A stretch of 23,447 nucleotides of DNA from a bacterium (GTDB taxonomy: Bacteria; Zhuqueibacterota; Zhuqueibacteria; Oceanimicrobiales; Oceanimicrobiaceae). How positions within the stretch are numbered: the first letter of the stretch is position 1; the number at the start of each line of letters is the position of its first letter. The position numbers and the translations under genes were made by a program. The stretch lies in the NCBI GenBank assembly GCA_046757525.1, contig JBHHYI010000057.1, forward strand, positions 1-23,447, given 5' to 3'. This document shows positions 16,161-23,447 of this stretch, one piece after another. The notes beneath the pieces were generated by a model. It had not been told where the DNA came from. It saw nothing but the letters and a program-made list of their open reading frames with translations, and did no database searches.

Positions 16161-16186
16161 AGAAACAATTTAATTTTATCGGCGTA
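16161..16186 (+). promoter_or_regulatory. ECF-sigma-like promoter upstream of the adaptor/permease operon
   Basis: AGAAAC-N16-CGTA, close to the SigW-type TGAAAC-N16-CGTA; related motifs at 16019-16049 and 16062-16091. Confidence 0.45.
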
Positions 16187-16257
16187 CCTTTTTATTGGCA
16201 AACAGCCCTAATCTATCCCTACTGCGATCAAATGTCTATCTTTTTTTGAGGTAAAAA

Positions 16258-17352
16258 ATGAAAAAGAAAAAAGTGCTTTTCTTAATCACCGGAGCGGTGG
16301 TTCTTGTCGTAGCTGTTGGGGTATTTCTGCGGCGCTCCAGCAATGGCAAAGAGGATGCCTTGCCAACAATCAAGATCAAGAAAGACAATATTGTAGACAA
16401 AGCCCTTGCCGTGGGCACTATTGAACCCAAAAACGAGATCTCGATTAAGTCAAAGATCTCGGGCGTGGTCAATCGAATCTTTGCCGAGCCCGGGACTTTT
16501 GTCCGGGCAGGGGCGCCTTTGTTAGAGGTGAAACCGGATCCAACGCCATTGGAATTGGCCGAAGCCAAGCGCAACGTGCAATTAGCCCAGGTAGAGTTGA
16601 ACAACCTGAAAAAGGAGATGAAGCGGCAACAATCGCTTCTAAAGGGAGCGCTCATCTCCACCAAAGAGTTTGACAATTTCGAGCAAAAATATCAGGAATC
16701 TGAGCTAAAACTCAAAATTGCCACGGAAAAGCTCGCGCTGATCGAAAGCGGTAAAGTCAATATTGGCGGCAAAGAAATTGAAACGATCATCAACTCGCCC
16801 ATCGACGGGTACGTCTTGAGCAAGACCGTCGAAGTCGGCGACCCGGTGACGCCACTGACCTCCTTTCAAGAAGGCACGGTGCTGATGAAGCTGGCAAACA
16901 TGAAACATTTGTTGTTCAAAGGCACCGTGGATGAGATCGATGTGGGTAAACTAAACCAGGGCATGGAGGCGGAAATCAAGATTGGCGCTTTACCAAACGC
17001 CAAAATCAAAGGAACCTTGAAAAAGATTTCATTAAAGGCGGAAAAGAAAGAGAACAGCACGGTTTTCCCCATTGAGATTCTCATTTTGCCCGCCAATGGC
17101 ACGACCTTGCGCGCGGGCTATTCGGCCAACGCCAGCATCATCATTCAAAAAAAGGACAGCGTGCTGGTGGTGCCGGAACGGGTGGTGACTTTTCGCAACG
17201 ATTCAGCGTTTGTGACAGTCGCTCTGGAAAACGGGGAGAGCGAAGAGCGCTACATCGAAACCGGCCTGAGCGATGCCCTCAACGTAGAAATTGTTTCCGG
17301 ACTCAAGGAAGGGGACGAAGTCCTCGAAAAGCCTGTCAAGAAGATAAAGTAG
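16258..17352 (+). CDS. Periplasmic adaptor/membrane fusion protein (MacA/YknX-like)
   Basis: N-terminal TM anchor, IKSKISGVV, coiled-coil hairpin, SPIDG...VEVGD, VDEIDVGKL and GLKEGDEV; RBS GAGGT. Confidence 0.9.
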   Translation: MKKKKVLFLITGAVVLVVAVGVFLRRSSNGKEDALPTIKIKKDNIVDKALAVGTIEPKNEISIKSKISGVVNRIFAEPGTFVRAGAPLLEVKPDPTPLELAEAKRNVQLAQVELNNLKKEMKRQQSLLKGALISTKEFDNFEQKYQESELKLKIATEKLALIESGKVNIGGKEIETIINSPIDGYVLSKTVEVGDPVTPLTSFQEGTVLMKLANMKHLLFKGTVDEIDVGKLNQGMEAEIKIGALPNAKIKGTLKKISLKAEKKENSTVFPIEILILPANGTTLRAGYSANASIIIQKKDSVLVVPERVVTFRNDSAFVTVALENGESEERYIETGLSDALNVEIVSGLKEGDEVLEKPVKKIK

Positions 17353-17366
17353 ACACAGGGTAACGG

Positions 17367-18602
17367 ATGAACCAGTTAATCACCATTCTAAAAGAATTCA
17401 TTCAGGACATTCGTGCACAAAAACTGCGCACTTTCTTGACGATCTTCGGAATCGTTTGGGGCACCGTGGCTATTATCGTCCTGCTGGCATTTGGATTCGG
17501 TTTTAAAAAACAGCTCGCCATCAACATGCACGGCATTGGCGAAGGCATCGTCATCATGTTCCCGGGCAAGACCACCAAAGCTTTCGAAGGTTTTGGTACG
17601 GGCCGATATATTCGCATGGTAGCCAGTGATGCAGATTTGTTGCAGCGAGAAGTTTGGGGCATCAAAGCCATCAGTCCAGAATACAGTCGCTGGAACACGC
17701 CGGTTCGCGTTGGCGGCAACATTCTCAATCCGAATATTACCGGCATCTACCCGGTGTACGGTGACATTCGCAACATCATTCCTGAGAGGGGCGGTCGCTT
17801 CATCGACGCTTTGGATATGCAATACCGCCGCCGGGTCACGGTAATCGGCGACGCCGTGAAAGCCTATTTGTTTGGCGACCAGGATGCCATCGGCAAGCAA
17901 ATTCTGATTGGCGAAACCCCGTTTACCGTCATCGGCGTTATGCAAAAGAAAACCCAGAATTCCTCCTACAATTCCCGCGACAAAGATCGGGTCTTTATTC
18001 CGGCAACGACTTTTGCTTCGGTCTTTGGAGCCATTTACATCAACAACATCATCTACCAACACCGCGACCCGCGCCAGGCCGAAGCGGTAAACGATCATGT
18101 GCGCCAGGTTCTCGGCCGGCGCTACAAATTCGATCCAACCGACAAAGATGCCATCTGGCTTTGGGACACGTCGCAGTTCGACAAGTTTATTTTTTATTTC
18201 TTTCTCGCGTTTAATATTTTCATGGGCGTGATCGGCAGCTTTACTCTGGCCGTAGGCGGCATCGGGGTTGCCAACATCATGTACATCGTGGTGCAAGAAC
18301 GCACCAAAGAGATCGGCATAAAGCGAGCCGTCGGTGCCAGGAAATTCAACATCTTGTTGCAATTTTTTATGGAAACCTTTTTCATCATCACCTCTGGCGC
18401 GCTCATCGGCTTCGCCATCGCGTACGGCATCACCACAGGGTTGCAATTTATTCCCATAAAGGAGTTCGTCGGGACGCCAGAGCTTTCCCCGGAAGTAGCT
18501 TTAGCGACGATGGCTGTACTCACGCTCATCGGCCTGGTGGCTGGACTGATGCCCGCCAGGCGCGCCGCCAATTTAAATGTGGTTGATTGTATCAGGGCTT
18601 AG
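17367..18602 (+). CDS. ABC permease (MacB-like, no nucleotide-binding domain)
   Basis: LRTFLTIFGIVWG, GGIGVANIM...ERTKEIGIKRAVGA and PARRAA. Confidence 0.92.
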   Translation: MNQLITILKEFIQDIRAQKLRTFLTIFGIVWGTVAIIVLLAFGFGFKKQLAINMHGIGEGIVIMFPGKTTKAFEGFGTGRYIRMVASDADLLQREVWGIKAISPEYSRWNTPVRVGGNILNPNITGIYPVYGDIRNIIPERGGRFIDALDMQYRRRVTVIGDAVKAYLFGDQDAIGKQILIGETPFTVIGVMQKKTQNSSYNSRDKDRVFIPATTFASVFGAIYINNIIYQHRDPRQAEAVNDHVRQVLGRRYKFDPTDKDAIWLWDTSQFDKFIFYFFLAFNIFMGVIGSFTLAVGGIGVANIMYIVVQERTKEIGIKRAVGARKFNILLQFFMETFFIITSGALIGFAIAYGITTGLQFIPIKEFVGTPELSPEVALATMAVLTLIGLVAGLMPARRAANLNVVDCIRA

Positions 18603-18604
18603 CC

Positions 18605-19846
18605 ATGTGGAGAGAACTGTTTAAAGATTTTTTTCTCGATCTCAGGGCCCAACGAACCCGGGCCATTCTAACCGTTGTGGCGATTGCCTGGGGAACGGTG
18701 GCCGTGGTGCTGCTGCTTTCGTTCGGCAAGGGTTTGGGCACACAGATGATGAACGGCCTGATGAACGCCGGCAATCGCATCATGATCGTCTACGGTGGGC
18801 AAACGGGCCTGGAATTTGAAGGGCTGCCCAAAGGCCGGCGCATCCGGTTGACCGAGGAGGACGTCAAGCTGTTAAAAGAAGCAATCCCTCTGATTGGTAT
18901 GATCAGCCCCCAGTATCGCAAAAACGTGGCCTTGACCTACAAAGAATCCTCTACTACAACCGAATGTGAAGGCGTCAATCCAGGCTTTGAAGAAATGCGT
19001 CGCATGTACCCTACAGCTGGCGGCCGTTTTCTCAACGATCAGGACATTCTGCAGCAGCGCCGGGTGCTCTTCCTGGGCATAAAAATCGCTGAAGACATTT
19101 TCAAGGACGAAGACCCCGTGGGCAAATCGCTGTTGCTCGACGGCATCCCGTTTACCGTCATCGGTATCATGCAGGCAAAATTGCAAACCAGTATGAATAA
19201 CGGCCCGGACACGCGACGAGCGATTATTCCGTACACCACTTTTAAAACCCGCTATGGCCGCAAATACTTGAATTCGATCGTTGTCCGTCCTAAAGATCCC
19301 ACCAAACAAGAAATCGTGAAAGGCGAGATTTTCAGAGTGCTCGGCCGCAAGTACAAGTTTAATCCAGAAGATGAACGGGCGCTGGGCGTTTGGGATTTCA
19401 TCGAAGAGGAGAATCTGTCTCGAAAGATCTCGTTAGGCATCTCGATTTTTCTGGGCGCTGTCGGTTTCCTGACCCTGCTCATCGCCGGCGTCGGCGTTGC
19501 CAACATCATGTACATCGTGGTGAAAGAACGCACACGCGAGATCGGCATTAAGATGGCCATCGGTGCCAGAAGGCGGCACATTCTCTCTCAGTTCATTTTC
19601 GAGGCTTTGCTGATCGCGTTCATCGGCGGGCTGATCGGATTGCTGTTCTCCTGGACGGTTGTGGCCCTGTTCAGGCTGATTCCAGCCGAAGATGGCCCTA
19701 TGCAATTCCTGGGTCGGCCCATTTTGTCCCAGGGCATCATGCTTCTCACCACCAGTATTCTGGCGCTTATTGGCTTACTGGCCGGGCTTTTCCCGGCGCG
19801 CAAGGCTGCAAGGGTAGACCCGGTGGAGTCGCTGCGCTACGAATGA
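18605..19846 (+). CDS. ABC permease (MacB-like, no nucleotide-binding domain), paralogue of the preceding gene
   Basis: GVGVANIM...ERTREIGIKMAIGA and PARKAARVDPVESLRYE; ATG 18605 lies 2 nt after the previous stop (track start 18587). Confidence 0.92.
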   Translation: MWRELFKDFFLDLRAQRTRAILTVVAIAWGTVAVVLLLSFGKGLGTQMMNGLMNAGNRIMIVYGGQTGLEFEGLPKGRRIRLTEEDVKLLKEAIPLIGMISPQYRKNVALTYKESSTTTECEGVNPGFEEMRRMYPTAGGRFLNDQDILQQRRVLFLGIKIAEDIFKDEDPVGKSLLLDGIPFTVIGIMQAKLQTSMNNGPDTRRAIIPYTTFKTRYGRKYLNSIVVRPKDPTKQEIVKGEIFRVLGRKYKFNPEDERALGVWDFIEEENLSRKISLGISIFLGAVGFLTLLIAGVGVANIMYIVVKERTREIGIKMAIGARRRHILSQFIFEALLIAFIGGLIGLLFSWTVVALFRLIPAEDGPMQFLGRPILSQGIMLLTTSILALIGLLAGLFPARKAARVDPVESLRYE

Positions 19847-20210
19847 ATCTTTAATACCCAATTGTGAAATAGTCTGCGCGCTCTGTTTGGTAGATTTGGT
19901 GACGTACCTGAAGACAAGCCAGAAATAGTGTGAAACTTTTTCCGGTTTGGTTATGACTCAGATGTGTTACGGAGTAAAATCTTGATCATCTTGTCATCCA
20001 TTATTTTGTCCGTTTAAATTTTTAAGAATCCAGATTGCAAGAGTGTTAAGATAAGATGATTTTGTTATTCTTTTGGATTGGAAATAGCATGCGGAGTCGT
20101 GAACGCGCCAGGGAACAATCTAAAACTTTGCCGCGGCTTAGGGTTCTGCTGACTATACTGATTTGCCGGATTTAAGCTTCACTGCATCCAATCGATCTTG
20201 TTTACCCTGT

Positions 20211-21566
20211 CTAAAATTCTTGTCTCAAGTCAGGCGACTGCAGTTCTTTTTGCCTCGGTTCCGACTCGGAACGGTTTCGGCGGGAACGCACGCTCCGAAA
20301 CATAGGAACAGAAAGCGCCGCTGCACATATCCCGGAAATGCCGAAAATTGAGATTTCATCAGGGGAGGAAAGGTGCAGGGCAGAAGCTGCCGCTTTCAGT
20401 ACGTTGGTTACGCCCAGAACGACGGTCACGCCTACCACCAGGCTCATTGCGGCGTTGGAAATCTTGCCGTTCCTGTTGTCCCGGCCCATTAGACTGCGGT
20501 CGTTCACCACCAAAAGCAAGAAAGCGGCCACAAATGGCAGCACAATGCCGTTCAGGGCCTGTGCTAGAATGATGGCCGGAATCGGCTGAACGTCTGCCAG
20601 GCCGAAGCCCACACCCACCAGCAAGACGCCAAACCAAACGCTTCGGTACCGGACACTCTTGTCATGCCACAGGTTCTGGCCCGATTTTTCGAAAAGGCTG
20701 CGGGCGGTTATGGCCGCTGCCAGGGGCGCGGTAATAGCCGAAGAAAGACCCGCCGCAAAAAGCCCAAACGCGAATAACGTGGCGGCCCACAGGCCGACTC
20801 GCGCGGCCAGGGTAGCGGACAGTGCCTCAAATGAGAAATGCTCTGCAATGGCAGCCCCGACCACCAGCACCGCCATCGAAATAGCGCCGCCCAGCAAAAT
20901 GGAAATACTGAGTCCAAAACGCAGCTCTGGCAGCGTCTGCCCTTTGGCAAGGCCCGAACCCAGGAAAAGGTTGTACGGAACCACCGTAGTACCGATCAGT
21001 CCCAGAACCAGAATACCCGAGCCGTGCGGAATCCCCGGCACCAGGCTACCGGACAAAAGTTTCATAAGGGGCGGCCTGAGCAAGAATGCCGTCACCAGAA
21101 ACGTCACGCCCATGAAGGCCACCACCAGACTCAACAAATAGGCGACCGCGCGGGGCGATCCGAGCCACAGCATCACCCCGGTCACAAACGCAATCGCCAG
21201 CGTCACTGCCATGGCGGAAAAGCCGGTTCCCATCAGCACGCCGGCAACGCCGCCTAATATGTTGCCGGCTTCGTAGGCAGCACAGCCAAAAACGATGGCA
21301 CCCAACACAAGAAGCAGCGTTAAGAGGCCCCTGGCGCCGCCGTAAAATTGCCTGCGTATGGCCTCGCCCAAACTGTGTCCAGAAACCACGGCAACCCGCG
21401 CGCTGGCCTCCTGCAATACCAGCGTTGCCAGCGTGGAAAACAGCAGCGCCCACAGCAGGGTGTACCCAAAACGCGCTCCGGAAGAAGCGGCGGTGGTGAC
21501 CGTGCCCGGCCCGATGAAGGCCGCCGCGATCACCGACCAGAACAGTACATTGAAGAAGCGTTTCAT
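20211..21566 (-). CDS. Nramp/SLC11-related transporter, YcsG-like (possible 5-oxoproline or amino-acid uptake)
   Basis: About 11 TM segments, AAAFIGPGTVTT, LQEASAR and GTTVVPYNLFL; lacks the DPGN metal-binding motif. Confidence 0.8.
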   Translation of the reverse strand: MKRFFNVLFWSVIAAAFIGPGTVTTAASSGARFGYTLLWALLFSTLATLVLQEASARVAVVSGHSLGEAIRRQFYGGARGLLTLLLVLGAIVFGCAAYEAGNILGGVAGVLMGTGFSAMAVTLAIAFVTGVMLWLGSPRAVAYLLSLVVAFMGVTFLVTAFLLRPPLMKLLSGSLVPGIPHGSGILVLGLIGTTVVPYNLFLGSGLAKGQTLPELRFGLSISILLGGAISMAVLVVGAAIAEHFSFEALSATLAARVGLWAATLFAFGLFAAGLSSAITAPLAAAITARSLFEKSGQNLWHDKSVRYRSVWFGVLLVGVGFGLADVQPIPAIILAQALNGIVLPFVAAFLLLVVNDRSLMGRDNRNGKISNAAMSLVVGVTVVLGVTNVLKAAASALHLSSPDEISIFGISGICAAALSVPMFRSVRSRRNRSESEPRQKELQSPDLRQEF

Positions 21567-21589
21567 TCCCTCGCCATTTGCTTTTCAGC

Positions 21590-23149
21590 TTATTTGAGCT
21601 TTCCGAATCCTCCGCCTCCTGGCGTCTCGAGAATCAGACGGTCGCCGGCATATACCGTGCAGCCGTCGACGGACTTAAGTTCCACCATTTCACCTGAAGC
21701 ACGCAGCAGGCGTTGCCTGCCCGGCTTGCCTGCCTGGCCGCCCGCCAGCCCGTAGGGACCTTCGGTACGGTGCTGGCTCAGGACGGAGAGGGCCATTTCT
21801 TTGAGAAAAATTAGCTCGCGAATCACGCCGTCGCCACCGCGGTGTTTGCCGCAACCACCAGAACCCTGGCGAATGGCAAAGCGCTCCACCCGCACCGGAT
21901 AGCGGTGTTCGAGAATCTCGGGGTCGGTGATCCGGGTATTGGTCATGTGGCTGTGGATGGCGCTGGCGCCGTCAAAAGTAGGCCCGGCACCGCAACCACC
22001 GCAGACCGTTTCGTAGTAACCAAATTTGTCCGTGCCGAACAGGGTGTTGTTCATCGTTCCCTGGCTACAAGCCACCAGTCCCAAAGCTTTGAGCAGGGTG
22101 TCCACCAAGCGCTGACTGGTTTCCACGTTGCCGCCCACCACGGCGGGCGCCCGGCTGACATCCTCCGGAAAATCCGGATTGAGAATGCCTGGCGGAATCT
22201 TTAGGCTCACGGCCTGCATCAGACCCTCATTCAATGGCAGGGGTTCATTGATGAGCAAGCGCAACACGTAGATCACCACGCCCGTGACGATGGCTGGCGT
22301 GGCATTGAGATTGCCGGGGTGCACATCAGCGCTGCCGGCAAAATCAATCGAAGCCTGGTCGCCAGCCACCTCGATTTGCACGTGCAGAGGCGAACCATCG
22401 TCCAGATGTTCCAGGGCCCGGTAGGTGCCGTCCGGCAGGCTCTGGAACGCGATTCGAATGCGCTTTTCGGCCAGGCTTTTCAACGCCGCCATGTGGTGCC
22501 GCACCGACCCCTGGCCAAACTTTTCTGTCATGGATTTTAAACTTGCTGCCCCCTGGTGATTGGCCGCCACCGCGGCACGCAGGTCGGCAAGGTTGTCCTC
22601 GACCGCCCGGGTAGGGTACGCAGCCCCGGTGAGCAACTGTCGGATGTCGTCCCAGTGTTCGCGGCCGTCGTGGATGAGATGCAGCGGCGGAATCACCACG
22701 CCTTCTTCAGTTAGATGGGTGGCATGCGGTGGCATGGAGCCGGGCCGCGTACCGCCGATCTCGGCATGGTGCGCCCGGCTGGCCACATAGCCCAGCAGAG
22801 CATCGCTGCCAGTGTAGACCGGCGTAACCACGGTGATGTCCGGCAAATGCGAGCCGCCGTAGGCGGGATGGTTGGTCACGACAACATCGCCAGGCTGCAT
22901 GGAGATGGCTTCGCGCAATCGGCGTACACACATCCCCAGCGCGCCCAGATGCACGGGCATGTGCGGCGCATTCACCACCAGCTCCGCGTCGGCGTCCAGA
23001 AGGGCGCAGGAAAAATCGAGCCGCTCCTTGACATTCGTGGAAATAGCTGTACGACGCAGCATCTCCCCCATCTCCCGGGCGATGGTGCGAAAACGGTTGG
23101 TGAAGAGCTCAAGTTGCACCACTTCGGGTTGGCTTTGGTTGTTTTCCAT
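21590..23149 (-). CDS. Hydantoinase B/5-oxoprolinase family protein (B half only)
   Basis: Motifs ERLDFSCA, PVHLG, GGSHLPD, RAHHAEIGG, GNVETSQR, SQGTMNN, YYET, HMTNTRITDPE and TPGGGG. Confidence 0.92.
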   Translation of the reverse strand: MENNQSQPEVVQLELFTNRFRTIAREMGEMLRRTAISTNVKERLDFSCALLDADAELVVNAPHMPVHLGALGMCVRRLREAISMQPGDVVVTNHPAYGGSHLPDITVVTPVYTGSDALLGYVASRAHHAEIGGTRPGSMPPHATHLTEEGVVIPPLHLIHDGREHWDDIRQLLTGAAYPTRAVEDNLADLRAAVAANHQGAASLKSMTEKFGQGSVRHHMAALKSLAEKRIRIAFQSLPDGTYRALEHLDDGSPLHVQIEVAGDQASIDFAGSADVHPGNLNATPAIVTGVVIYVLRLLINEPLPLNEGLMQAVSLKIPPGILNPDFPEDVSRAPAVVGGNVETSQRLVDTLLKALGLVACSQGTMNNTLFGTDKFGYYETVCGGCGAGPTFDGASAIHSHMTNTRITDPEILEHRYPVRVERFAIRQGSGGCGKHRGGDGVIRELIFLKEMALSVLSQHRTEGPYGLAGGQAGKPGRQRLLRASGEMVELKSVDGCTVYAGDRLILETPGGGGFGKLK

Positions 23150-23150
23150 G

Positions 23151-23393
23151 TTACCTCATACCCACTTCACGGACTCGCTCAAACTCAGCCTTTTCCACCT
23201 GTTGGACGGACAAACGCGCCCGGCGCACCAAATACATGTTCTGCAAATCGGGCATTCCCTTGATCTCTCGCAAGCTAACCGGGCGTTTAAACGCCGCCTT
23301 CCATTTGACGTCTACCATGAACCAACGTGGATTTTCCGGCGTTGATTTGGGATAGAAGTATTTCGATGTTGCACCCCATGTCACCAGGTGCGG
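23151..23393 (-). pseudogene. C-terminal half of an EVE-domain protein (N-terminus missing)
   Basis: SKYFYPKSTPENPRWFMVDV...PVSLREIK...RLSVQQV matches the EVE C-terminal half; upstream in-frame codons are AT-rich and not EVE-like. Confidence 0.65.
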
Positions 23394-23412
23394 TAAATGC
23401 AAAGATGTGCCA

Positions 23413-23441
23413 AATATAAACCATAAAATTCTGTTATGCAA
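23413..23441 (-). promoter_or_regulatory. Putative sigma70 promoter for the EVE fragment-oxoprolinase-transporter unit
   Basis: Minus strand TTGCAT-N17-TATATT. Confidence 0.45.
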
Positions 23442-23447
23442 GAAAAT

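Noticed and set aside
23398..23413. Minus-strand TTGGCACATCTTTGCA as a third sigma54 promoter
   Set aside because: GG-to-GC spacing is 9 nt rather than the required 10.

Overview
Bacterial chromosomal window with about 18 genes or gene remnants and no rRNA, tRNA or CRISPR. From left to right: a tandem hairpin repeat; amrB-amrA-dgt-ecfA2; a sigma54 activator lacking a sensor domain; and a sigma54-promoted three-gene 2-oxoacid:acceptor oxidoreductase operon. Its first gene is an unusual gamma-delta fusion with a GltD/DsrL-like FAD/NADP(H) module inserted inside the delta ferredoxin. Next come an IS66-type MITE, an orphan BrnA-family antitoxin, and a minus-strand cluster (methyltransferase, 58-aa ORF, LolE-like permease, LolD-like ATPase, outer-membrane barrel). 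Two copies of an IS231/IS186-type MITE sit inside REP-like hairpins, and each carries a copy of the palindrome that copy 2 inserted into. The window ends with a MacA-like adaptor plus two permeases without an ATPase, and a minus-strand EVE fragment, hydantoinase B/oxoprolinase and YcsG-like Nramp transporter. Family calls come from motif recognition only; no database searches were run. Several start codons were refined relative to the ORF track.
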